Part shown: piece after piece, positions 28,237-37,208 of the stretch
Layout: the number at the start of each line of letters is the position of its first letter
Position numbering within the stretch: the first letter of the stretch is position 1
Source: an uncultured delta proteobacterium
GTDB taxonomy: Bacteria; Desulfobacterota; Binatia; Binatales; Binataceae
DNA length: 64,000 nt
NCBI GenBank assembly: GCA_963755905.1
Contig: CAVWLM010000002.1
Span: 672,944 to 736,943 of the forward strand
Direction: 5' to 3'
The notes under the pieces: model-generated
What the model saw: the letters and a program-made list of their open reading frames with translations, nothing else
The model's database searches: none
Told to the model about the DNA's origin: nothing
Translations under genes and position numbers: made by a program

Positions 28237-28322
28237 TGGTGCCGAGGGCGGGACTTGAACCCGCATGTGCTTGCGCACGGAGGATTTTGAGTCCTCTGCG
28301 TCTGCCATTTCGCCACCTCGGC
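28237..28322 (-). tRNA. tRNA-Leu (anticodon CAA), class II with long variable arm, CCA encoded
   Basis: Manual fold of GCCGAGG-TG-GCG-AAATGGCAGA-CGC-A-GAGGA-CTCAAAA-TCCTC-CGTGCGCAAGCACAT-GCGGG-TTCAAGT-CCCGC-CCTCGGC-ACCA. Its 3' 55 nt equal the left att repeat. Confidence 0.9.
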
Positions 28323-28673
28323 GTCGCGGCGATTCGTGTCTTCGCGTTCAAGGCGGCAAGATACCGCAAAGCTCGCGATTCGAGTCCGTGATTCTGCCAG
28401 AGGAAAGCGTCGGCTAACAAGCGCGCTCTCGTCTCCGATGCGGCCAGATAAGGTCGCATCCCGGGAAGTCGTCACAAATCTGTCGTCCCCAAAGTTAAGC
28501 GAGCGCTGATTTAGCGAAATTTTCGCATATCGAGAGAGGATATCCGAGGCTTTGCGGCGGTGCCTTCAGCAAAAAGCCGCAATCGTCGATGGTGCGAGAC
28601 TTGCTTGAATCTTGGGACCCGCGAACGTCGAATCAGCGGCGTTCTCGCGAGACCGAGGAGAGGCAAGTCAGGA

Positions 28674-29771
28674 ATGAATCTGAAGCGTTTGACGAAGGGC
28701 GTGGCATTGGTGATCGCCGTCTCGATGGCGGCTGGAATCGGACTGGCGCACGCGTGCTCCAGGGTACTGTGGGTCAGAGACGGACAGCCGGTGCTGGTCG
28801 GGCGCACGATGGACTGGTTCGAGCCGATGCGTACCAATCTGTGGGCCTTGCCGCGCGGGATCGAACACGACGGCCTCGCCGGCAAGAATTCGCTGCACTG
28901 GACTTCCAAATACGGCAGCGTGGTATCGGTCGTGTACGGCTTTGCCTCAGCCGACGGCATGAACGAAAAGGGGCTCGACGCGAATGTCCTATGGCTGGCC
29001 GAAGCAGACTATGGCAGCCGCGACAACAAGCTTCCAGGCCTCTCGATGAGCCTTTGGGCCCAATACTATCTCGATAACTTTGGGACAGTGGCTGAAGCGA
29101 TCGCGGCCACGGAGGAGGGGCGCTTCCAGCTTGTGCCAATCACGCTGGGGATCGAAAAGAAAATGTCCTCGACGGTGCATTTGTCGCTGGCCGACAGCAC
29201 CGGCGACTCGGCGATTATCGAATATGTCGGCGGCAGGGCTAGGATTTATCACGGCCGGGATTACACTGTGATGACCAATTCGCCGACTTTCGATCAGCAA
29301 CTCAAACTGGCACGCGCATACAAGGGACTCGGCGGAGAAAAGCCGCTGCCCGGAACCAGTAGCGCGCACGACCGCTTTGTGCGCGCGAGCTATTACCTCA
29401 AGTATCTTCCCGGACCCAAGGATTACCGCGACGCGGTGGCCGGCGTGCTGAGCGTAATCGCCAATGTCTCGGCGCCGTTCGGCGTCAACGAGCCAGGGAA
29501 GCCCAATATTTCGGCGACCATTTTTCGCACCGTCGCCGATCTAACCAACGGCATCTATTACTACGAATCGACGCAGAGCCCCAATATCGTGTGGCTCGAT
29601 CTGCGCAAGCTCAACCTCGCCGCGGACGCGCCGATCGAACAGCTTGACCTGAGCGGCAATCCCGCTCTGGTCGGCGATGTCACCGCCGGGTTCGTGCCCG
29701 CCGCGCCGTTCAAATTCATGCCCGCCGGCGAGCATTGGGTCGAGGTCTTCCCAACCTCACCGGGGGCTTGA
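28674..29771 (+). CDS. Choloylglycine hydrolase / penicillin V acylase-family Ntn hydrolase, secreted
   Basis: Signal peptide ending ...GLAHA followed by the Cys nucleophile (CSRVLWV...GRTMDW). Family-typical length. The ORF track begins earlier (28560), but Met 28674 precedes the signal peptide. Confidence 0.75.
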   Translation: MNLKRLTKGVALVIAVSMAAGIGLAHACSRVLWVRDGQPVLVGRTMDWFEPMRTNLWALPRGIEHDGLAGKNSLHWTSKYGSVVSVVYGFASADGMNEKGLDANVLWLAEADYGSRDNKLPGLSMSLWAQYYLDNFGTVAEAIAATEEGRFQLVPITLGIEKKMSSTVHLSLADSTGDSAIIEYVGGRARIYHGRDYTVMTNSPTFDQQLKLARAYKGLGGEKPLPGTSSAHDRFVRASYYLKYLPGPKDYRDAVAGVLSVIANVSAPFGVNEPGKPNISATIFRTVADLTNGIYYYESTQSPNIVWLDLRKLNLAADAPIEQLDLSGNPALVGDVTAGFVPAAPFKFMPAGEHWVEVFPTSPGA

Positions 29772-29824
29772 TCAATTCACGGCGTTGCATGGAACCCGAT
29801 GCGCCGGCAAAGCGTGGCCGCTGC

Positions 29825-30769
29825 TCAACGCGGCAGGAATTCGTTGACCACGCCGCCGATCAAATCCTTCGACGCGATACGGTCGAGCGTGTCGAGGTCC
29901 CATCCCCCTTCGCGATAGAGCGACCGCGCCGGCTCAGGCTCGGCGTAAAGGCCGACCAGGTCGCCGCCCACCACGAACGTGCGGCCGTTGACGTTCCCGG
30001 CGGCGTCGGTGCATAGCCATACGACCAGCGCCGCGACGTGCTCCGGCTTGTTCTGCAGGCCGCTGCGATCGATCGCCGGCGCCGCGGTCGGCCCCAACGT
30101 CGCGCGCATCCGCTCCAGCGCGTCCGCCACGCTCTCGTCGAACAGCCGGGTTGCCGCGCGCGGCCGTATCGCGTTGCATCGCACGCCATAGCGGCCGAGA
30201 TCGCGCGCGACGGTGCGTGTCAGCCCGACAATCCCCTCCTTGGCCGCCGAATAGCTCGCCTGTCCGAAATGGCCGAGGCCCGACTCGGAGGCCGTGTTGA
30301 CGATCACGCCGCTCTTCTGTTCGCGGAAGATCGGACTGGCGAACCGGATGGTCGTGAAGTGGCCTTTGAGGTGCACGGACATCATCGAGTCCCAGTCGTC
30401 CTCGGTCATGTGAAAGATTATTTTCGGACGCACCGCGCCGGCATTGTTGATCAGGATGTCCAGCCTGCCGAACGTATCGATTGCGGTATTGATGATGCGC
30501 TCGCCACCTTCCATCGAGGTGACGCTATCGATGTTTGGCACCGCTTCGCCGCCGGCGGTGCGGATTTCCGCCGCCACCTGTCCCGCGATGCTCTGGTCGG
30601 CGCCCTTGCCGAGCATGTCCGTGCCCAGGTCGTTGACCACGACTTTCGCGCCCTCCGCCGCGAGCAGCATTGCCTCGGCGCGTCCGATTCCGCGGCCGGC
30701 GCCGGTTACGATCGCGACCTTGCCCTTGAGCCTTTGCTTTCCCTGTTGCGTTGACATCCCCGTCTCCAT
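29825..30769 (-). CDS. Short-chain dehydrogenase/reductase (SDR) with C-terminal extension
   Basis: KVAIVTGAGRGIGRA, NNAG, S...Y..K (YSAAK). Confidence 0.85.
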   Translation of the reverse strand: METGMSTQQGKQRLKGKVAIVTGAGRGIGRAEAMLLAAEGAKVVVNDLGTDMLGKGADQSIAGQVAAEIRTAGGEAVPNIDSVTSMEGGERIINTAIDTFGRLDILINNAGAVRPKIIFHMTEDDWDSMMSVHLKGHFTTIRFASPIFREQKSGVIVNTASESGLGHFGQASYSAAKEGIVGLTRTVARDLGRYGVRCNAIRPRAATRLFDESVADALERMRATLGPTAAPAIDRSGLQNKPEHVAALVVWLCTDAAGNVNGRTFVVGGDLVGLYAEPEPARSLYREGGWDLDTLDRIASKDLIGGVVNEFLPR

Positions 30770-30865
30770 TGATTTGATGAGCGCTGCTCTGCCGTCCTTT
30801 GCGGTGCGGCGAGCGAGCCTATGAATAGCGCTGAATCGTGCGCCGTGCGAGAGCGCTGATACGCC

Positions 30866-32959
30866 CTACTGGAAGTTTCCGGACGGAGTGTGACGGCCGT
30901 GCGGGCCGGGACGCGTACCGAGCAGATAGATTCCACCAGCGATTGCGGAGGAGAGGAGCATCGCCAGCGCCAGCCCGCCAATTACCGCCACCGCCAGCGG
31001 TTGCTGAACCTTGGCGCCCGCACCATACCCGAGTGCGAGGGGCAGGAGGCCGGCCGCCGTAGCCAGCGTGGTCATCACGATTGGGCGTAGCCGCAACGCC
31101 GCGGCGTCGGCCAGCGCTTTGGCGGGGGGATTACCCGCGGCCACGCCGTGCTCGGCGCGGTCGAGCAGGAGGATGCCGTTTTTGGCGGTGATGCCGGCGA
31201 CCATGATCACGCCCATAAACGAGGAAACGTTAAGCGTGATCCCGGTGAGCGCGAGCGCGGCGAAGCTTCCGACCAGGCAGGCGAGCGCCGCGATCAGTGT
31301 GGCGAGCGCCGGCGCCAACCGTCCGAACTCCCAGAGCACGATCAACAGGACCATCACCAGCCCTCCGGCCATCACCAGCGCGAGTTGATGGAACGCCTGC
31401 TGCTGCTGCTCGTACAGCCCGCCCAGTTCGAGTGATACGCCGACCGGCAGGACCAGCTTCGCGAGTCGCGGCGTGATCTCGCCTAGCGCGGTGCCGAGGT
31501 CGACGTTTTCCAGGCGCGCCGTTACGGGAACGACCGGGCGTAGCCGCTCGCGGGTAAGCTCGGTGGTCTCGCCCGCCCAGCGCAGTTCCGCCACCGCGCT
31601 GAGAGGTACCACGGCGCCCGACGGCGTAAGTAGCTGAAGCTCCGAGAGCGAGGCCAGATCCTGATGGAAGTTCGGCGGGTAGCGCACGCGCACGCCGACG
31701 ACCCGATCGCCGGCGTTGAGTTCCGTCGCCACGGTGCCTTCGATCGCGGTTTCCAGCGTGGCTCGGATGCCGTCTCCGTTCAGCCCGTAGCGCGCGGCGG
31801 CGCTGTGCTTGATAACGATCTGTTCCTTGGGGCTGCTCAGCACGATGCCGTCGAAGACGTCGACGAGTCCGGGAACGAAGCCAATCTCCTTGGCAACGCG
31901 GCTCGCGGTCGCCTCGATCGCGGCCTGGTCGGCGCCGAATACCTTGACCTCGATCGGCTCGGGTACGCCCGAAAGGTCGCCGATGAGGTCCTGCAGCACC
32001 TGCGAGAACTCGATATGGACGCCGGGGACCGCGGCCAGGATGCGTCTGCGCACGTCGTCCATGATCTCGTCGATCGATCGCGATCGCCGCTCCTTGAGGC
32101 GCACCGAGAAATCGCCGCGGTTCGATTCGGTCAGGAAGAACCCCAGTTGCGTGCCGGTGCGCCGGGAAAAGGCCGCCACCTCCGGTGTCGCTCTCAGGAT
32201 GTCCTCGATCTTGCCCAGCAGCGCGCCGGTGTCGAGGAGCGTGCCGGGCGCCGGCGCGATGTAGTCGAGCACGAAGGCGCCTTCATCGAGCGCGGGCAGA
32301 TAGTCGGTGCCCACCGCCTCATACAGTAGGAACGCCGCGACGAAGCAGGCCGTGGCGGCGGCGACCGCCAGAAACGGAACCCGAATGAACGGCCGCAACT
32401 CGGCGAGGAACGCGGCCCGGATCGCGCCAAATACCAGCCCGGGCGGGCGGCTCTCGCGCCGCCACCGTCCGAGCAACTCCTCCAGCGCGGGCGTGAAGAA
32501 AACCGCCAGCGCAAGCGAGATCGCCAGACCCCCGCCGAGCGTGATCGCGAGGGCGCGAAAGAAGAGCCCGGTGATGTTTGACACGAACGCCAGCGGCATG
32601 AAGACCGCGATCACCGTGAGGGTCGAGGCGACGAGTGGGCGATTGAGCTCGGCGAGCGCGCTCTCGACCGCGGCGTCGGTGGGAATGCCGGTTGCACGTC
32701 TGCGATGGATCGCTTCGATCATGACGATCGCGTCGTCAATGAACAGTCCGATGCCGGCCGCGATGCCGCCAAGCGACATCATGTTGAACGTCAACCCGCC
32801 GAGCGCCATCACCACCATCGTGATCGCGATGGTGCAGGGCACCACGACCGCCGCCACCAGCGCGCTCAGGACGCTCATCGTGAACATCCAAACCACCGCG
32901 ACCGACAACACCAACCCGAGCACGATCGCGTTGCGCACGCTCGCGATCGAGTCGGCCAC
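30866..32959 (-). CDS. RND efflux permease (AcrB/CzcA family), C-terminal ~2/3; same gene as 32736-33914, interrupted by a +1 frameshift near 33013
   Basis: ...YDQATLVADSIASVRNAIVLGLVLS..., 12-TM architecture, periplasmic loops. Confidence 0.85.
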   Translation of the reverse strand: MADSIASVRNAIVLGLVLSVAVVWMFTMSVLSALVAAVVVPCTIAITMVVMALGGLTFNMMSLGGIAAGIGLFIDDAIVMIEAIHRRRATGIPTDAAVESALAELNRPLVASTLTVIAVFMPLAFVSNITGLFFRALAITLGGGLAISLALAVFFTPALEELLGRWRRESRPPGLVFGAIRAAFLAELRPFIRVPFLAVAAATACFVAAFLLYEAVGTDYLPALDEGAFVLDYIAPAPGTLLDTGALLGKIEDILRATPEVAAFSRRTGTQLGFFLTESNRGDFSVRLKERRSRSIDEIMDDVRRRILAAVPGVHIEFSQVLQDLIGDLSGVPEPIEVKVFGADQAAIEATASRVAKEIGFVPGLVDVFDGIVLSSPKEQIVIKHSAAARYGLNGDGIRATLETAIEGTVATELNAGDRVVGVRVRYPPNFHQDLASLSELQLLTPSGAVVPLSAVAELRWAGETTELTRERLRPVVPVTARLENVDLGTALGEITPRLAKLVLPVGVSLELGGLYEQQQQAFHQLALVMAGGLVMVLLIVLWEFGRLAPALATLIAALACLVGSFAALALTGITLNVSSFMGVIMVAGITAKNGILLLDRAEHGVAAGNPPAKALADAAALRLRPIVMTTLATAAGLLPLALGYGAGAKVQQPLAVAVIGGLALAMLLSSAIAGGIYLLGTRPGPHGRHTPSGNFQ

Positions 32960-33914
32960 CAGCGTCGCCTGGTCGTAGGAAAAGGAGAAAGTGACGTCGG
33001 GGTAGCGGCGGCGCGAACTCGGCGACGATTGCGTGCGTTCGCTTCGCGATCAGCTCGCTGTCGCCGTCGGGCATGCGCGAAATTCCCACCAGCACGGAGG
33101 GCCCGTTTTCGCTGGTGGTGCGGATGTAGTCTTCCGCGATCCCTGGGTCGATCGAAGCGATGTCGCGCACGTAGATCGGTTGGTTGTTGACGGTAGCAAT
33201 TGGCACCGCCATCAATTGGTCACCGCTATGCAAGGCGCCGGTGACGACCGTGAGAAGCATGCGATGCTGATCCAGCAGGCGTCCGGCCGATCCGCCAACG
33301 TTGGCCTGGCTGAGCCCGGTCACTACCTGCGCTGGCGTGAGTCCGTGCGCGAGCATCCGCGCCGGATCCAGCCGCACCACGTATTCGCGATACTTTGCGC
33401 CGACCATCTCGACCCGGTAGACGCCCGGGATGCGATGAAGGTTCGGGATCAGGTCGTAGTACGCGATGTCGGTGAGTTCGGTCAGGTTACGCACCCGCGA
33501 GCTCAGGCTGAGATCCAGGATCGGGAAGGTTCCAGTGCGCAGCAGCCGCGTGCCCACGGTAGTACCGGGAGGCAGATGGGCGCGGACCTCTCCCAGTGCG
33601 GCCCCGAGCAGCTCGAAGCTGGTGGTGGGGTCGATGTCCTCCGAGAATGTGATGTCGACCTCGGTGCTGCCGCGCGTGGTGGTCGAGCGCACCAGCGTGG
33701 TGCCGGCCACGTTGTAGGCCGCCTCCTCCAGCGGTCGGGTCACCGCGCTCAGCATCTGGCCGGCCGGAAGTTGAGCGTTGTCGGCGAGGATGATGGCGCG
33801 ATGGAACACGAACTCGGGGAAGACCGCGCTAGGAATCGATTGCGCGAGCATCACGCCGAGCACGCTCAGCGCTAGCACTGCGAACAGCGACAGAACTGCG
33901 TTGCGCTGGCTCAT
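32736..33914 (-). CDS. RND efflux permease, N-terminal portion (frame lost after ...AIVAEF)
   Basis: MSQRNAVLSLFAVLALSVLGVMLAQSIPSAVFPE... The alternative frame continues RRYPDVTFSFSYDQATLVADSI. An extra G sits in the ttcGcgccgccgc run. Confidence 0.8.
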   Translation of the reverse strand: MSQRNAVLSLFAVLALSVLGVMLAQSIPSAVFPEFVFHRAIILADNAQLPAGQMLSAVTRPLEEAAYNVAGTTLVRSTTTRGSTEVDITFSEDIDPTTSFELLGAALGEVRAHLPPGTTVGTRLLRTGTFPILDLSLSSRVRNLTELTDIAYYDLIPNLHRIPGVYRVEMVGAKYREYVVRLDPARMLAHGLTPAQVVTGLSQANVGGSAGRLLDQHRMLLTVVTGALHSGDQLMAVPIATVNNQPIYVRDIASIDPGIAEDYIRTTSENGPSVLVGISRMPDGDSELIAKRTHAIVAEFAPPLPRRHFLLFLRPGDAGGRLDRERAQRDRARVGVVGRGGLDVHDERPERAGGGGRGALHHRDHDGGDGARRVDVQHDVAWRHRGRHRTVH

Positions 33915-33945
33915 CGGTTAATGATCGCGCCCCTGGGAGTGTAGT

Positions 33946-34950
33946 TCACCACGGTGTCACGCTCTCGCGCACCCGGAGTCCGTCGGACAGCGCGTAGCCG
34001 CCCGAAGTGATGACGAGTTCGCCGGGTTTGAGTCCATTGGTGACCTGCACTTCCTGCGCAGTCCGAATTCCGGTGGCCACGACGATGCGATGGGCGCGGC
34101 CGTCGGCGCCCACCTTGAAGACATAGAAGTTGTTGTGCGCGGCGTCCTGGAATAGCGCCTCCGCCGGCACCACCACGGCGTCGGGGATGGAATTGGTCGT
34201 GACGTTGACCTCGACCGCGGCGCCGATCTCGGCGATTCGGTTGGGGCCGGTGAATTCTAACCATACCGGCGCTGTGGTTCCACCGGGCGAGAAGCTCGGT
34301 GAAATCGACCAGACGCGCGCGGGGTAGACGACACCCGCTTTGAGCGAGGAGACCACGCTCGCGTTCATCCCGGCCCTGAGCAAACCGATCTGGTTGATTG
34401 GCGCCTGGGCATCGACGTACACGCTCGTGGGATCCACGAGCTCCACCAGCGCATCGAACTCGTTGACTATTTGGCCGGGACTTACCACTCGCTGTATGAC
34501 GACGGCGTTATGGGGCGCGCGGACCGCGATCCCCGGGCCGCCGGAGTAACGTTTTACCGAGCGCTCCAGCGCGGCGGCCTCGCCGGGGTCGATCGTTCGC
34601 GCGACGTCGACGCCGGCCTGCGCAGCGTCTTCCTCGCGGTTGATGATATGAGCGATCACCTGGCCGCGTTGCACGCGGTCGCCAGTAGTCACGTAGAGTC
34701 CCTCGACGCGCCCGGCCGCGGGAGCGCGTAACGTAAAGGTGCGCAGCGCGGCGGTGACGCCTGGGAGTGTAATCTCCTGGCGCATCGGCCTGACGGCGAC
34801 TCGCGCCGCGCTCACTGTGAGCACGACTTCAGGCGCGGTTTCGGCCGGCGTGTCCCCTTCGGCCACCGGCCGGCGGCACGCGGACGCGCCCAGCGTGACC
34901 AGCAGCGTCAGAGACGCCGCCAGCACGCTCGGTGGCTTGGGCAGTCTCAT
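33946..34950 (-). CDS. RND efflux periplasmic adaptor (membrane fusion protein, HlyD family)
   Basis: Lipoprotein-like signal (LTLLVTLGASAC), beta-barrel/lipoyl segments. The stop overlaps the OMF gene. Confidence 0.85.
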   Translation of the reverse strand: MRLPKPPSVLAASLTLLVTLGASACRRPVAEGDTPAETAPEVVLTVSAARVAVRPMRQEITLPGVTAALRTFTLRAPAAGRVEGLYVTTGDRVQRGQVIAHIINREEDAAQAGVDVARTIDPGEAAALERSVKRYSGGPGIAVRAPHNAVVIQRVVSPGQIVNEFDALVELVDPTSVYVDAQAPINQIGLLRAGMNASVVSSLKAGVVYPARVWSISPSFSPGGTTAPVWLEFTGPNRIAEIGAAVEVNVTTNSIPDAVVVPAEALFQDAAHNNFYVFKVGADGRAHRIVVATGIRTAQEVQVTNGLKPGELVITSGGYALSDGLRVRESVTPW

Positions 34951-36434
34951 TGCTCCAGCCCAAGCACCGCCGCTCCCTGGGCCGCCGCCTGACGCGTGGC
35001 GAAGGTCTCATTGGGGCGCGCGAGGCGCATTTGCTCCACCTGCTGAAACGCGTCGAGCACCTCGAGCAGCGTGACATTGCCGCCACCGAGAAAGCGCGCC
35101 CAGGTCAACTCGAAGTTGTCCTCTGCGGTGGGGATCGCTTTGGTCAATAGTGTGAGCTGGTCGCGCGCCTGGTGGTAGCGCGGCTCCGCATCGGTCAGTT
35201 GCTTGCGTAGTTCCAGCTCGACTTGCCGGAGCTGTGCCTCGGCGGCGGCCACTCGGGCGCGGGCCTCGTCGATCTGCGCGGAAATGAGTCCACCGTCAAA
35301 AATCGGCATCGAGAGCAGCCCGTCGTACGACGCACCGGCCTCGTGCGTGAAGGTGCGCGGAGGATTGATGCCCTGCCATCCGGCATTCAGCGCCAGTCTT
35401 ACCGTCGGATAGCGCTCTCTTTCGGCCGCCAGCACGCCGGCTCTCGCCGAAGCCACGGTTCTTTGCGCGGCCTGCAGCATCGGGTTGCGCGAGAGGTCGT
35501 CACCGGGCCACGCGGGCAGGCCACCGGCGTCGACCACGCGGATATCCGAGGAATTGAACTGGCCTATCAGCGAGCCCAGGACGGCCGTCGCGTGGTCGAC
35601 GTCGTGATGCGCGCTGGACAAAGAGAGGCCTGCGTTGTTACTCGCGGTCTGGACCTTGAGCACGTCGTTGGCGATCGAACGTCCGCTGTTGTGCAGCGCC
35701 TTGATAACGGTCACGTAGCGCCGAAGGCGCGCATCGTTGAGATCCAGTTCGCGATCGATCTCCTGGCTTCGCAGCAGGTCATAGTACGCGACCGTAGTAT
35801 CGAAGATTATCTGGGCCTGCGCGGCACGCACGCCATAGCGGTCGGCCTCGCTCTGATAGAGGGCCGCGCGTACCAGCGCCGAGCGGCGGCCGAAATCATA
35901 GGCGGTGTAATTGAGGTTGAGCAGCGCGTCGGAGAGGCCGCCGTTCGTGATGGTTTTGCTGTATCCCGGTGCCTGCATGTACTCGGATCCCGCGGAGAGC
36001 GAAGGATACAGCGGCGCGCGCGCTTCGCGCACCAGCGCGTCGCCCAGATCGCTCTGCGCGTTGGCGGAGGCGACCGTCGGCGCGAAGGCGAGCGCGCGCT
36101 GGATCGCCTGATCGAGGGTCAGCGTCTCGCCGTGTGCGGAGGCGCAGAGCGTAGTAGCTATCATCAGGAGCGCCATGAAAGCGCAGCCGGGCATCCGCGC
36201 CGACAGAGCGCGTCTCGACCGGATGGTTGTGCGCCTTCGTGTGCGCGTCGCGGTGCGTATCGTCATGCGCATCGTAACGCGCATCCCTGTGCGCGCCATG
36301 GCACGTGTCGTTCGGCCGATTATTCCTGGCGTCATTGCGACCAGTTGGTTCACCGTCATTCCCCCCATTTGAATGCGCGTGAGAAAATCTTCGGCCAAAC
36401 CTAACAGGGGTACACGTGGGAAAACAGTTAACAA
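34947..36434 (-). CDS. Outer-membrane efflux protein (TolC-like OMF); true start probably Met ~36194
   Basis: ETLTLDQAIQRALAFAPTVASANAQSD... The two coiled-coil repeats are typical of OMF. Confidence 0.8.
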   Translation of the reverse strand: MLTVFPRVPLLGLAEDFLTRIQMGGMTVNQLVAMTPGIIGRTTRAMARTGMRVTMRMTIRTATRTRRRTTIRSRRALSARMPGCAFMALLMIATTLCASAHGETLTLDQAIQRALAFAPTVASANAQSDLGDALVREARAPLYPSLSAGSEYMQAPGYSKTITNGGLSDALLNLNYTAYDFGRRSALVRAALYQSEADRYGVRAAQAQIIFDTTVAYYDLLRSQEIDRELDLNDARLRRYVTVIKALHNSGRSIANDVLKVQTASNNAGLSLSSAHHDVDHATAVLGSLIGQFNSSDIRVVDAGGLPAWPGDDLSRNPMLQAAQRTVASARAGVLAAERERYPTVRLALNAGWQGINPPRTFTHEAGASYDGLLSMPIFDGGLISAQIDEARARVAAAEAQLRQVELELRKQLTDAEPRYHQARDQLTLLTKAIPTAEDNFELTWARFLGGGNVTLLEVLDAFQQVEQMRLARPNETFATRQAAAQGAAVLGLEQ

Positions 36435-36530
36435 ACGTTGAAGCCGGAGTCCGCGTGGACGCGCAAGTTTTTGCTCGAAAGCCCATGAGCGGCGGACTCA
36501 CCTGAGCTTCGCAGCCGTTGTCGCCGCGCT

Positions 36531-37208
36531 TCAGATGACCAGCGAGAGCAGACCGGCGGCGATAAGCGCGCCCGCCCATACCGCGTCGAGGTTGATCCAC
36601 GCGCCGCGCAGGAATGCCAGTCCGACGCGGTCATATACGACGATGGCGATGGTGCCCATCACGAGGAGCATCGCGGCGGTATGCAGCAAGACGACCGCGG
36701 CATCCTGGGCGAGCGACAACGATCCGCCCATCGCGGCCATCGACTCATGCATCAGGCGGCCGTGCAGACCGTGCATCATCTGATGATGCATCGGCGCGCC
36801 TCCCGGCATGTCCATCAGGATGGGGAACAGCATCAGGCCCGCGCCATGTGCCGAAGCCATCAGGAACGACCATAGCGTCAGCTCGTACCACTTCACGCGC
36901 ATCGCGACCCATCGCGGATGTGCGCGCGGTCGCAGGTAGCGAAAGACGCCGAACAGGATCAGGATGGCGGCGCCGGCCGGGCGCAGCAGCCAGGACGCGG
37001 CGGCAAACCGCGCCCATCCGATCAAGGCGACCGCTGCGGCGATAGAAATCAGATGCCCCAGCGCGATCGGTCCGAGCGCGCCGAAGACCTTGGCGCGGCG
37101 CCGCTCCTGGAGCCCTAGCGCGACTGCGAACAGCCATCCCATCGACGGGTCGAGTCCGTGATAGGCGCCGAGCGCGGCGATCGCAATCCACGGCCAAACC
37201 GCGGTCAC
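36531..37208 (-). CDS. Polytopic membrane protein with Met/His-rich loop (candidate Cu-handling partner of MtoX; HupE/UreJ-like?)
   Basis: Six predicted TM segments plus ...MDMPGGAPMHHQMMHGLHGRLMHESMAAMGG. Start overlaps the mtoX stop (operon). Confidence 0.45.
   Translation of the reverse strand: MTAVWPWIAIAALGAYHGLDPSMGWLFAVALGLQERRRAKVFGALGPIALGHLISIAAAVALIGWARFAAASWLLRPAGAAILILFGVFRYLRPRAHPRWVAMRVKWYELTLWSFLMASAHGAGLMLFPILMDMPGGAPMHHQMMHGLHGRLMHESMAAMGGSLSLAQDAAVVLLHTAAMLLVMGTIAIVVYDRVGLAFLRGAWINLDAVWAGALIAAGLLSLVI

Larger units (their letters stand above)
13334..28322. mobile_element. Integrated prophage-/satellite-like genomic island in tRNA-Leu(CAA), partly degraded
   Basis: Bounded by the 55-bp direct repeat and an intact tRNA. 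Gene content: tyrosine integrase, AlpA, excisionase-HTHs, primase/helicase-like rep, SprT-like protease, TerS (P27), TerL, many small hypotheticals. Several genes carry frameshifts. Confidence 0.75.

Noticed and set aside
30038-30754. 238-aa plus-strand ORF
   Set aside because: It is antisense to the SDR gene 29825-30769.
35223-36404. 393-aa plus-strand ORF
   Set aside because: It is antisense to the TolC-like outer-membrane factor, with an Arg/Gly/Ala-rich composition and no domain.
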